From NCBI GenBank assembly GCA_036555065.1, contig DATBLZ010000161.1, forward strand, positions 10,531 through 74,530: DNA of 64,000 nt. Reading direction: 5' to 3'. Position 1 is the first letter of the stretch. Each line of letters opens with the position of its first letter. Below the pieces are notes generated by a model. The model did no database searches and was not told where the DNA came from. It saw nothing but the letters and a program-made list of their open reading frames with translations. The position numbers and the translations under genes are program-made. This stretch comes from Gammaproteobacteria bacterium (GTDB lineage Bacteria; Pseudomonadota; Gammaproteobacteria; Steroidobacterales; Rariloculaceae). Of the stretch, positions 19,967 to 29,102 are shown piece by piece.

Positions 19967-20409
19967 ACGAGCTCCGCGAGCTCTATCGCGAGGTCATCCT
20001 CGATCACAACCGCGAGCCGCGCAATTTCGGCGAGCTTGCCGAAGCGGATCACGTCGTCGAGGGCGTCAACCCCCTCTGCGGCGACAAAATGACGCTGTAT
20101 GTGAAGCTCCGCGGCGGAATCATCGAGGACGTGCGCTTCAAGGGGTCGGGATGCGCCATCTCCGTCGCGTCTTCCTCGCTCATGACCGAGCGCGTCAAAG
20201 GCCGCCCAATCGCGGCGACGCTCGATCTCGTCGCGGAGGTTCACGAGATGCTCACGGGCAGAGCCGACGAGCCGGGCGAGAACATGGAGAAGCTCGCGGC
20301 GCTCGCGGGCGTGCGCGAGTTCCCGAGCCGCGTCAAGTGCGCAAGTCTCGCGTGGCACGCGCTCAAAGCGGCGCTGACTGGAGCGGACAAGAGAGTCAGC
20401 ACGGAGTAG
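19963..20409 (+). CDS. sufU: SufU-type sulfur-transfer/scaffold protein (NifU N-terminal-like)
   Basis: The GTG at 19963 overlaps the sufS stop (GTGA). LYREVILDHNREPRNFG...NPLCGD...GSGCAISVASSSLMT...RVKCASLAWHAL follows the SufU pattern, including the insertion before the last Cys. Confidence 0.85.
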   Translation: MNELRELYREVILDHNREPRNFGELAEADHVVEGVNPLCGDKMTLYVKLRGGIIEDVRFKGSGCAISVASSSLMTERVKGRPIAATLDLVAEVHEMLTGRADEPGENMEKLAALAGVREFPSRVKCASLAWHALKAALTGADKRVSTE

Positions 20410-20412
20410 CGC

Positions 20413-20964
20413 GTGTATAGACACGACAATGAACCGGTGACGCTGACGCGACCCTGCGACGCGATCCTGATTCCGGCCGGCAACAAGGTCACTCTGCCCG
20501 AGGGCAGCACGGGGTTCGTTACGCAGGCGCTCGGCGGCAGCTTCACGGTATATATCGACGGAAACTTGTTCCGCATCGCGGGCGCCGACGCCGACGCGAT
20601 CGGCGAGGACCCGATCCTGCCGCCCGAGGTGCCCGATGAAGCGACGCCGGAGCAGTTTGAAGCGGTGGTATGGGACCAATTGCGCACCTGCTTCGATCCG
20701 GAAATACCGATCAACATCGTCGACCTCGGGCTCGTCTACGAGTGCCGTGTCGAGCGGGCGCCCACGGGAAAACGGTCCGTGTACGTCAAGATGACGCTGA
20801 CGGCCCCGGGTTGCGGCATGGGTGACGTTCTGGCACGCGATGTCCGCGAGAAGCTCGACGTGATTCCGACCGTAGAGAAGGCCGAGGTCGACCTGGTCTT
20901 CGATCCTCCGTGGAACCAGGCGATGATGTCCGAGGCGGCGCGCCTCGAAGCAGGACTCCTGTAG
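20413..20964 (+). CDS. sufT: SufT-like Fe-S assembly protein (DUF59 domain)
   Basis: 183 aa. It contains the C-terminal DUF59 block CFDPEIPINIVDLGLVYEC...MTLTAPGCGMG. Confidence 0.8.
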   Translation: MYRHDNEPVTLTRPCDAILIPAGNKVTLPEGSTGFVTQALGGSFTVYIDGNLFRIAGADADAIGEDPILPPEVPDEATPEQFEAVVWDQLRTCFDPEIPINIVDLGLVYECRVERAPTGKRSVYVKMTLTAPGCGMGDVLARDVREKLDVIPTVEKAEVDLVFDPPWNQAMMSEAARLEAGLL

Positions 20965-20977
20965 ACGGACTGCAGCA

Positions 20978-21484
20978 ATGAAACGACTTACCTTGCTCCG
21001 TCACGCAAAGTCGAGTTGGCGCGATACCGATCTACCCGACCATGAGCGCCCACTGTCGGGCCGCGGTGAAAGAGACGCGCCGCGCATGGGTGAGCGTCTA
21101 AGCGCGCGCCGCGTCCGCCCGTCATTGATCATCACGAGCACGGCGAAGCGCGCGCTCGATACGGCGCGCACGGTCGCGCGCGTCCTCGGCTATCCGCGTG
21201 AGTTCGTGCAAGTGGAGCCGTCGCTATATTTGGCGGATCCCGCGTCGATCCTGGACGTGATCGGCAAGCAGGAGGAGCGCTTCACCGAGATCCTGCTCGT
21301 CGGCCACAACCCGGGCTTCACCGAGCTCGTGAATCGCCTGTTGCCGGATCTCGAGCTCCACAATCTGCCGACCGCGGGCGTCGTCGCCATGGAATCGACG
21401 GCCGCGCGCTGGGCCGACGTCGCGGCACGCAATACGACGCTGCTCTTTTACGACTATCCGAAGAATGCCAACCCGGCCGATTAA
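20978..21484 (+). CDS. Histidine phosphatase family protein, SixA-like
   Basis: MKRLTLLRHAKSSW carries the RHA catalytic motif, with LVGHNPG downstream. Confidence 0.75.
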   Translation: MKRLTLLRHAKSSWRDTDLPDHERPLSGRGERDAPRMGERLSARRVRPSLIITSTAKRALDTARTVARVLGYPREFVQVEPSLYLADPASILDVIGKQEERFTEILLVGHNPGFTELVNRLLPDLELHNLPTAGVVAMESTAARWADVAARNTTLLFYDYPKNANPAD

Positions 21485-23349
21485 CGGACGTCGCAAAAGC
21501 AGTACGCGTAAATCCCGCGCGGATCGTTGAGCCGCGCTAGGAACTCGAGCGGCTCCGTGGCCGCCTTGAGCATATCGAGGAACGCGGGGGAGATACGCGG
21601 CTCGAGGCCGAGCGCAGCACCGATCGGCGCCGTCGCTGCTCCGAGCTCGACCAAGAGCTGCGCGGCGATGCCGAGCTCGGGCTCGAAATAATCGATGTCG
21701 TACTCGCCCTTTTCGAGGCCGGCGAGCGCCGCCGCCGACTCGATCGCGGCGTCGAGATCTCCGAGCTCGTCGACGAGCCCGCGCTCGAGCGCATCGCGGC
21801 CGACCCAAACGCGGCCGCGCGCGACGGCGTCGATCTCCTCGACGGACCGCTCGCGGCTCGTCGCGACCTTGCTCACGAACTCGTCGTAGGTGTGGCGTAT
21901 CGATTCGCCGATAATCGCGTCGATGTCGGGGCCGAGCGCGCGCGTTAGATCGTATTGTCCCGAGAGTTTCGTCGTGCCCATGCCGTCGACATGGACGCCG
22001 ATTCGATCCAACAACCGCGGAATCGTCGGCGTGTAATAGCCGACTCCGATCGAGCCGGTCAGCGTCGACGGGCTCGCCCAGATCTCGTCGGCGCTCATCG
22101 AAATCCAATAGCCCCCCGAGGCCGCGACGCTACCCATCGACACGACGACGGGGCGGCCCGAGTCGCCAAACACTTCCACCTCGCGCCGGATGATCTCCGA
22201 AGCGAAGGCGCTGCCGCCGGGGCTGTCGACCCGCAAGACGAGCGCCTTGACGTGCTCGTCGGCCGCCGCATCGCGGATGAGCTGGGCCGTCGAATCCCCG
22301 CCGATCGCACCCGGCGGCTGAACTCCATCGAGAATCGTGCCGGCCGCGACGACGACCGCGACCTTGCTTCGGCCGTCGAACTGCAGTTCCGTGAGCCGTA
22401 GCGCTTTGAGGTAATCATGGTGCGTGATCGCGGGAAAGTCGTCGCCCGAAGCACTCGAGCCTACGATCGCGCGGATCCGCTCGCGCACTTGGTCGGGGGT
22501 GAGCAGCTCGTCGACCAAGCCGTAGTCCGCGGCGAGTCGCGCAGTATCGCCGCCGGCCGCGCGCAGCAACGCGACGAAATCATCGGCATAGCGTTGCAAA
22601 CTGTCGCCATCGAGCTCGCGTGCAGCCGTGACGTCGCTCTGGTAGTCGCGCCAAAGCGCGCCGAGGTAGACGGCCTTCGCCTCGCGATCCTCGGGCGACA
22701 TGTCGTCGCGCGTGAATGGCTCGACGAACGATTTGTACTCGCCGACCGTCCACACCTCGTAGTCGACGTAGGCCTTCTCGAAGAACGACTTGAAATAAGG
22801 CGAATACTGGCTGTAGCCCTCGAGCAGCACGCCGCCCATCGGATGCATAAATATGTCGTCGGCCTGCGCCGCAAGATAGTACTGCCTCTGATCGAATCCT
22901 CCGCCGGTCGCGATGACCGGCTTGCCGCTTTCCTTGAACGCCGCAAGCTCCCCGGCAAGGTCCTGCAGCTTGCTCAAGCCGCCGCCCGTCAACTCATCGA
23001 GGTCGAGCACGAGCGCCTTGATTCGCCGATCCCCGCGTGCCTGCCGAATCGCCTCGATGAGGTCACCAACGCGCGTCTCGCTGGCCGCGACCCCTTGCGC
23101 CCGCGCGAGCGCACGGTCGAGCGGGTCCCCCGAGAGCTGCTCGACGAGCTCGCCTTCGGGCGCCAGGATCAATGCGGCCGACGCCGGCACGACGGGCTGC
23201 TGCGGGCTCAGAGCCGCGATAAGCAGGATTAGTCCGCCGACAAGCACGATGAAATGGAGCGCCTTGCGGATGCGATCCAGGCCGCGGAAGACCGCGCCTG
23301 CAATCCGGCGGAATAACGAGGGGTTCGACGTAGTCACGTGCGCCTCCAA
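21481..23349 (-). CDS. sppA: Signal peptide peptidase SppA, 67K type
   Basis: 622 aa with an N-terminal TM segment and two ClpP-like halves (MGSVAASGGYWISMSADEIWASPSTLTGSIGV). Confidence 0.9.
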   Translation of the reverse strand: MEAHVTTSNPSLFRRIAGAVFRGLDRIRKALHFIVLVGGLILLIAALSPQQPVVPASAALILAPEGELVEQLSGDPLDRALARAQGVAASETRVGDLIEAIRQARGDRRIKALVLDLDELTGGGLSKLQDLAGELAAFKESGKPVIATGGGFDQRQYYLAAQADDIFMHPMGGVLLEGYSQYSPYFKSFFEKAYVDYEVWTVGEYKSFVEPFTRDDMSPEDREAKAVYLGALWRDYQSDVTAARELDGDSLQRYADDFVALLRAAGGDTARLAADYGLVDELLTPDQVRERIRAIVGSSASGDDFPAITHHDYLKALRLTELQFDGRSKVAVVVAAGTILDGVQPPGAIGGDSTAQLIRDAAADEHVKALVLRVDSPGGSAFASEIIRREVEVFGDSGRPVVVSMGSVAASGGYWISMSADEIWASPSTLTGSIGVGYYTPTIPRLLDRIGVHVDGMGTTKLSGQYDLTRALGPDIDAIIGESIRHTYDEFVSKVATSRERSVEEIDAVARGRVWVGRDALERGLVDELGDLDAAIESAAALAGLEKGEYDIDYFEPELGIAAQLLVELGAATAPIGAALGLEPRISPAFLDMLKAATEPLEFLARLNDPRGIYAYCFCDVR

Positions 23350-23356
23350 TGCTGGC

Positions 23357-24613
23357 TCAGCTCAAGAGCCACAATGATAGACCAGGAACGTAGGCGATGA
23401 TGACCACGCAGGTCGCCAATACCAACAAGAACGGTAACGTGGCTATGCAGACCTCGGCCACGTCCTTGTCGAAGCGATAACTCGAGATGAACAAGTTCAA
23501 GCCGACGGGCGGCGTGAGGTAGCCGAGCTCCATGGCGGCCAAGAAAACGATTCCGAGGTGAATGGGATGAATGCCGAACTCGGCCGCGACGGGAAGCACG
23601 AGCGGCACTACGAGCACGATCGCGGAGAAAATATCGAGAATGGCGCCGAGCACGAGCAGAAACCCGAGCAGCGCCGCGAGGAACGTCGCGGGCGTGTCGA
23701 TGTATTCACGAATCACGCCGAAGAGCTTCTGCGGAACCTCGACATCGATCATGTAATTGGTCGATGCGAGCGACGTCCCGAGGATGACGAGAATCGCCCC
23801 GACCAAGACCATCGACTCGCGCACGATCCGCGGGAGCTCCCGCCAACCGACCTCGCGCAAGATCAGCAGCTCGACGACGGCAACGTAGAGCGCGGTGACG
23901 GCCGCGGCCTCGGAGATCGCAAAGTAGCCGCCGTAGATGCCGCCGAGCACGAAAACCGGCAGCGGCAGCTCCCATTTCGCTTCGATGAGCGCATCGCGAA
24001 CCCCGGCGAGCGACATCTCGCGAACACTGCCGCGCAAGTGGCGATTGCGCCAGTAGCTGTAACCCGCGAGCAGCACGAGCATGAGCGTGCCCGGCAATAC
24101 TCCGGCAACGAAGAGCTCATCGATCGAAGCCTCGGCGACGACGCCATAGAGAATCAGCGGCAGCGACGGCGCGAACAAGAGGCCGAGGCTGCCGCCCGCC
24201 GTCACGAGCCCTAGTCTGAAGCGCGGGTCGTAACCGGCGTGAGCAAGAGCCGGCATGAACAATGCGCCGAGCGCGATGATCGTCACTCCCGATGCGCCCG
24301 TGAACGCCGAGAACAACGCGCACGTCGCAAGGGAGATCATCGCGAGCCCGCCGGGCAGCCAGCCGAGCAGCGCCTGCGATAGGCGCACGAGCCGCTGCGG
24401 TGCCCGGCCGGCGCCGAGCAAATATCCTGCGAACGTGAAGAGCGGAATCGCGACGAGCACGGGCGTCTCCGCGATTCCGAAAAACTCGATCGCGACGACC
24501 GATAGATCGATGCCCGCACGCGTGAAGCCGAGCAGCGCGCTCGCCGCAATGACGGCGAAGATCGGCGCCCCGAGGACCGCGAGCAGCAGCACGAGCGCCC
24601 CGAGCAGGATCAC
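23357..24613 (-). CDS. dctM: TRAP transporter large permease (DctM family)
   Basis: Polytopic membrane protein. The start is trimmed to the GTG at 24613, which overlaps the dctQ stop (GTGA). The N-terminal extension in the track overlaps dctQ. Confidence 0.88.
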   Translation of the reverse strand: MILLGALVLLLAVLGAPIFAVIAASALLGFTRAGIDLSVVAIEFFGIAETPVLVAIPLFTFAGYLLGAGRAPQRLVRLSQALLGWLPGGLAMISLATCALFSAFTGASGVTIIALGALFMPALAHAGYDPRFRLGLVTAGGSLGLLFAPSLPLILYGVVAEASIDELFVAGVLPGTLMLVLLAGYSYWRNRHLRGSVREMSLAGVRDALIEAKWELPLPVFVLGGIYGGYFAISEAAAVTALYVAVVELLILREVGWRELPRIVRESMVLVGAILVILGTSLASTNYMIDVEVPQKLFGVIREYIDTPATFLAALLGFLLVLGAILDIFSAIVLVVPLVLPVAAEFGIHPIHLGIVFLAAMELGYLTPPVGLNLFISSYRFDKDVAEVCIATLPFLLVLATCVVIIAYVPGLSLWLLS

Positions 24614-25110
24614 CGCTTGACCCCGGCAATGCGTCGCAGGCAGCCCGACGCGTAGCGGTACGAAATGAGCGCGAACCCGACGGGCAAGATCAGCTGAAAG
24701 AGCCACGCGGGCCAGTCGCCGAGCACGGTGTCGCCGAACGCACGCGAATCGCGGACGAAGGACCACGAGTAATAGGCAAGAAAACCGCAGACCGTCGCCG
24801 TGAATGCATCCACGACAACCGCAACAGGCCGCCAGAAACGCTCGGGCAACAGGCGGCGCGCCAGGTCGATCGCGATGTGCTTCTGGTCACGGCTTGCAGC
24901 AACCGCCCCGAGTAACGCGATCCAGAGTACGCCGATGCGCACGAGCCCGTCGCCCCAGACGAAGCCCGCGAACCCGAGGTTGCGCAGCAGTATCTGCATC
25001 ACGGAGACGAGCGTGAGCACGCCAAAAAGGCCGACGAGCAACGCGTCTTCGAGCCACCTGCCGGCGCTTTCGATGCGCATCAACCAAGGGCGCCGCGGCG
25101 TGTCGATCAA
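24610..25110 (-). CDS. dctQ: TRAP transporter small permease (DctQ family)
   Basis: 166 aa with four TM helices, located between dctP and dctM. Confidence 0.85.
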   Translation of the reverse strand: MIDTPRRPWLMRIESAGRWLEDALLVGLFGVLTLVSVMQILLRNLGFAGFVWGDGLVRIGVLWIALLGAVAASRDQKHIAIDLARRLLPERFWRPVAVVVDAFTATVCGFLAYYSWSFVRDSRAFGDTVLGDWPAWLFQLILPVGFALISYRYASGCLRRIAGVKR

Positions 25111-25119
25111 TGTGCCGCC

Positions 25120-26169
25120 TCAACGGCCCGGGTCGGCCGGCGATGACTCCGCCTGCTGCGCCCGGAATTCGGCGATGACCGCGAGCAGCTCGTCGAACAT
25201 CGCAACGTCGACGTCTGCGCGGCCCCGAAGCGTGGGATAAATCGTCTCTATCGTGCTTCTCAAGCCCTCGATGTCGGTATTGGTCACGGCGATCGGCGCC
25301 ACGCCCGTGTTGGTCATGACCTCGGCGGCGCGCCGGTTGTCTTCGCGCGATGCACGATCGATATCGCGCATGACTCCGCCCATGACCTCGCGCAGGATCT
25401 CTCGGTCTTCGGCGGTCAAGGAGTCGAAGGCCCGTGCATCGAGCGCGAAGATGCCCATCGCATAGCTCACGGGAAGCTCGGTGCGATACCTGACCTTCGT
25501 ATGCCACTGGAGAACCAACGCACCGACGGGCGAGTTCGCGACGACGTCGAGGAGCCCAGTCTGCAGCGCCGTCAAGACGTCGGTTGCCGGCAGCACTACG
25601 GGTGAAAGGCCGAGCGATTCCATTGCGAGAAAACTGATGGCATCGCCCTCGGGAACCCAGATTTTCTTGCGCCGCAGGTCGTCGACGTTGCGAATGGGCT
25701 CGTTCGCCATGAGATTGGCGAACCCGCCTTCGCTGAATCCAAAGCTCACAAAACCCGCAGCCTCGAGCCCCGCCGCAAGCTTGGGATCGAGCCGCGCGCG
25801 CACGAAGTCGACTTCCTCGAGCGAGTTGAACAAGAGCGGGACGCCGTAGAGATTGAGCGCCGGGTAGCGCTCCGCCAGGCCGCCCGCCGTGAACGCGCCG
25901 CCGTGGAGCTGACCGATGCGAATCCTCCGCAGGACCTGGCTGTCGTTGCCCATGACCCCGCCGGGATAGAACTTGAGCACGACGCGTCCCGCGGTGCGCT
26001 CCTTGATCTGCTCGCCGCCGGCGCGCATCGACCGCATCCACTGCGAGCCGTCGGGCGCGATCGTTGCGACCTTCAATTCGGCTGCGCCGGCCGGCAGTGC
26101 CATGGCGCACGCCGTGAGGACAGCGAGGACCCAGAACGCACCTGGGCATCCGCCTTTCGCCCGACTCAT
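25120..26169 (-). CDS. dctP: TRAP transporter periplasmic solute-binding protein (DctP family)
   Basis: 349 aa with a signal peptide and KVATIAPDGSQWMRSM...FYPGGVMGNDSQVLRRIRIGQL. Confidence 0.88.
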   Translation of the reverse strand: MSRAKGGCPGAFWVLAVLTACAMALPAGAAELKVATIAPDGSQWMRSMRAGGEQIKERTAGRVVLKFYPGGVMGNDSQVLRRIRIGQLHGGAFTAGGLAERYPALNLYGVPLLFNSLEEVDFVRARLDPKLAAGLEAAGFVSFGFSEGGFANLMANEPIRNVDDLRRKKIWVPEGDAISFLAMESLGLSPVVLPATDVLTALQTGLLDVVANSPVGALVLQWHTKVRYRTELPVSYAMGIFALDARAFDSLTAEDREILREVMGGVMRDIDRASREDNRRAAEVMTNTGVAPIAVTNTDIEGLRSTIETIYPTLRGRADVDVAMFDELLAVIAEFRAQQAESSPADPGR

Positions 26170-27060
26170 CTAGAAGTACTCCCCGGAGGTCGCGAGCAAC
26201 TGCTCGGCTTCCTGTTTCGCGAGCACGTTGAACAATGTCAAGCCTTCGGCCTCGACGGGCGCGGCCAACACTTCCATGAGCAGCCGGTCGTGTAGGTCTT
26301 GCTCGAACATCATACGTGCATAGCGACGCGCGTATTCTACTTTGGCCGACAGATCGCGGCCGGCCGAAAGCTCGATCGCCCGCTCGAAATGTTGGCGCGC
26401 CACTTCAGGACGTCCCCCGAGGGCAGGCGGCCGCAGTGAATTCAAGATGCCGAGGTAGGCGTGCAGACCACCCTCCGCGTAGGTCTCGTCGAGCGCGAGC
26501 GCGCGCTCGAGCGCGGCCTCGACCCACGGCAGCTCCGCAACGGCGCTCCAATCCTCGCTCGTCGCATCGAGATAGCTCAACCAACTGACCGCATACGCAT
26601 AGAGATAATCGATCCGCTTGCGGTCGACCGTCTGCAGTTGGCTCACGAAGTCGTCGTAGCTCAACCCCCGCCACGAGCACGCCGGTTTGTGCGCGAGACA
26701 CAGCGCGCGCTCGCCGTAGCCGCGCGCCTTTTCGGTGAGGCGCACGACGCGCGCGGGATCGGGCTCGAAACGCGATCCGTAGAGCGCGAACAGTTGCGCG
26801 CCCGCGGCGAGCAGGTCCTCGTTGTCGCCGCTGCGGCTGATCATGCCGTCGACGAGCAGCAGGTACGCCGGAACGCCGCTCGCGACGAGCTCCGGATCGT
26901 TTTGATCGAGAATTGCCGCTTGCAGCGTGTCGGCCGCCATTCCGCCGACGAGGCTCGCGCAGCCGCTTAGGCAGGCGAGCGCCAGCGACAGCAGCGCCCA
27001 AGCGAACGGAATGCCGACTGGCCTACGCCGCGAGCGCCCTCTCGCAGCTGCGATCGCCAT
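26170..27060 (-). CDS. TatT-family TPR lipoprotein (T component of a TPR-protein-associated TRAP transporter)
   Basis: From the ATG at 27060: ...AWALLSLALACLSGC carries a lipobox. DPELVASGVPAYLLLVDGMI..., ...LGGRPEVARQHFERAIELSAG... and the C-terminal ...LLATSGEYF match the TatT family. The stop abuts the dctP start. Confidence 0.8.
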   Translation of the reverse strand: MAIAAARGRSRRRPVGIPFAWALLSLALACLSGCASLVGGMAADTLQAAILDQNDPELVASGVPAYLLLVDGMISRSGDNEDLLAAGAQLFALYGSRFEPDPARVVRLTEKARGYGERALCLAHKPACSWRGLSYDDFVSQLQTVDRKRIDYLYAYAVSWLSYLDATSEDWSAVAELPWVEAALERALALDETYAEGGLHAYLGILNSLRPPALGGRPEVARQHFERAIELSAGRDLSAKVEYARRYARMMFEQDLHDRLLMEVLAAPVEAEGLTLFNVLAKQEAEQLLATSGEYF

Positions 27061-27067
27061 GCACCGA

Positions 27068-27412
27068 TCAGAGCTTTTCTTTGATGCGTGCGGACTTGCC
27101 GCTTCGATCGCGTAGGTAGTAGAGCTTTGCTCGTCGGACGTCGCCACGCCGCTTGACCTGGATCTCCGCGACGGCCGGGCTGTGAGTCTGAAAGACGCGC
27201 TCCACACCCTCGCCGTGCGATACCTTCCGCACCGTGAACGACGAGTTTACCCCACGATTGCGCTTGGCGATCACAATGCCCTCGTAGGCTTGCAGACGCT
27301 CGCGTTCACCCTCGGTTACGCGAACCTGCACGACGACCGTATCGCCGGGGGCGAAGTCCGGCACGCCTTTCTTCATTTCGCGCTGTTCGAGCTCATCGAT
27401 CACTCTAGACAT
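27068..27412 (-). CDS. rplS: 50S ribosomal protein L19
   Basis: [54 protein letters not shown]... Confidence 0.97.
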   Translation of the reverse strand: MSRVIDELEQREMKKGVPDFAPGDTVVVQVRVTEGERERLQAYEGIVIAKRNRGVNSSFTVRKVSHGEGVERVFQTHSPAVAEIQVKRRGDVRRAKLYYLRDRSGKSARIKEKL

Positions 27413-27426
27413 GGCAAAGCCCTCTT

Positions 27427-28182
27427 CTATTCGCCGCTGTTCGCAGCGATCTCAGTCCTAAATTCCTCGAGCAGCTCACGCTCTTCCGCCGTGAACTTCC
27501 GTGCCGCGAGCAGCTCCCGTCTGCGCAACCACGTTCGACCGAGCGCCTGCTTGAGGCGCCAGCGGCGAACCGCCTCGTGGTCGCCGCCGAGAAGAACAGG
27601 CGGCACGTCCATACCGTCGACCTCCTCCGGACGCGTGTACTGCGGACAATCGAGCAACCCATCGGTGTACGAGTCCTCGATCGGCGAAGCCGCATGTCCG
27701 AGCGTTCCCGGCAACAACCGCACGATCGCATCGATCATGACAGCCGCGGCCAGCTCGCCCCCGCTCATGACGTAGTCGCCGAGCGCGACCTCCTCGGCGC
27801 CGAGACCCGTCACGATGCGCTCATCGATCCCTTCATAACGGCCCGCGACGAGCAACAATCCAGGCGCCGCCGCCAATTCGCGCGCGAGCGGCTGGTCGAA
27901 ATGGCGGCCCTGCGCGCTCAACACGATGACGCGGCTTCCGTCCGGCAGCCGCGCCTGCAAGCTCCGGATCGCGTCGCGCATCGGCCCGTAGCGCAGCACC
28001 ATTCCGGGCCCGCCGCCGTAGGGGCGGTCGTCGACCGTGCGGTGCCGATCGCTCGCAAAATCGCGCGGTGAAGCGTGCACGAGCTCGATGAGGCCGCGCT
28101 CGCGCGCTCGACCGACGACCCCGACGCTCGCAACCGGCTCGACGAGCTCCGGGAACAAAGCGACGACGCCGATCCGGTACAT
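27427..28182 (-). CDS. trmD: tRNA (guanine37-N1)-methyltransferase
   Basis: [14 protein letters not shown]...[13 protein letters not shown]...[10 protein letters not shown]...[11 protein letters not shown]. Confidence 0.97.
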   Translation of the reverse strand: MYRIGVVALFPELVEPVASVGVVGRARERGLIELVHASPRDFASDRHRTVDDRPYGGGPGMVLRYGPMRDAIRSLQARLPDGSRVIVLSAQGRHFDQPLARELAAAPGLLLVAGRYEGIDERIVTGLGAEEVALGDYVMSGGELAAAVMIDAIVRLLPGTLGHAASPIEDSYTDGLLDCPQYTRPEEVDGMDVPPVLLGGDHEAVRRWRLKQALGRTWLRRRELLAARKFTAEERELLEEFRTEIAANSGE

Positions 28183-28186
28183 GTCG

Positions 28187-28705
28187 CTAGTCCCAAAAGC
28201 TTCGTTCCCATTCGACGGTCACGACGCCCGCATCGAGATCGATGCGCTTGACGATCGTGCCTACGGCGAATGGAATCATTCGCGCTTTCGCGCCTGCGAG
28301 CACGATCACGTCGTGCGCAGGCATCGCGAGCAAATGATCGATCGTTCCGAGCTCCTCACCCGCGGCCGTGCGGACGCTCATTCCCTCCAAATCCGTCCAG
28401 TAATACTGTCCCGGCGCACAAACCGGCAGCGCCGCTCGCTCGACCATGACCGTGGCACCCGCGAGCTCGCGTGCTGCCTCGCGATCGTCGATGCCGCCGA
28501 GCTTGGCGACGACGTCCTGACCGTGAAGCTTGCTCGCTTCGACTGCAACGCGGCGCTGGAAATCGCGTTTTTCGAGAATCCAATCGTCGAACCGGCCGAT
28601 ATCGCCGCGTCGCTCGGTGTACGACCGGATCTTCACCCAGCCTTTGGTGCCGTATGCGCCGCTGATCCGGCCGAGCGTCACCCGCTTTTCGCCGTTCGCC
28701 CTCAC
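28187..28705 (-). CDS. rimM: 16S rRNA processing protein RimM
   Basis: VTLGRISGAYGTKGWVKIRSYT... The track start at 28810 would overlap rpsP. I chose the in-frame GTG at 28705, but a GTG a few codons downstream is also possible. Confidence 0.85.
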   Translation of the reverse strand: MRANGEKRVTLGRISGAYGTKGWVKIRSYTERRGDIGRFDDWILEKRDFQRRVAVEASKLHGQDVVAKLGGIDDREAARELAGATVMVERAALPVCAPGQYYWTDLEGMSVRTAAGEELGTIDHLLAMPAHDVIVLAGAKARMIPFAVGTIVKRIDLDAGVVTVEWERSFWD

Positions 28706-28731
28706 TGCACGATCGCGGGCCAGCGAGCTCG

Positions 28732-28986
28732 TCAGGCTGCCGCCGCGCCTCGAAATTCCTTGATCAAGTCGGAAACTCGGTCCGACGTCTGCGCCCCGCG
28801 CGCGACCCAAAAGTCCACGCGCTCCAAATCCACCTTGAGCTTCGGCTCATGCGCCGCCGCTTTCGGATTGAAGAATCCGATGCGCTCGATATAACGGCCG
28901 TCACGCGCTTTGCGGCTATCCGCAACCACGATGTGGTAGAAAGCCCGTTTCGTTGCGCCGCCGCGCGACAATCGAATCGTTACCAT
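28732..28986 (-). CDS. rpsP: 30S ribosomal protein S16
   Basis: [41 protein letters not shown]..., with the start trimmed to the internal ATG at 28986. Confidence 0.95.
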   Translation of the reverse strand: MVTIRLSRGGATKRAFYHIVVADSRKARDGRYIERIGFFNPKAAAHEPKLKVDLERVDFWVARGAQTSDRVSDLIKEFRGAAAA

Positions 28987-29007
28987 AGAACCCGTAATCC
29001 TGCCCAA

Positions 29008-29035
29008 ATTAAAAGCGGCCCCTTAGGGACCGCTC
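29008..29035 (-). terminator. Rho-independent terminator downstream of ffh
   Basis: The minus strand reads GCGGTCCC-TAA-GGGGCCGC followed by TTTTAATTT. It lies about 70 nt after the ffh stop and before rpsP. Confidence 0.6.
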
Positions 29036-29102
29036 GTTCGAGGCGCGCAATTCTACTGGTTTTGCCGCCGGAGCGTAAGCCCGGCAGCGCCTGCGGACGA
29101 CG

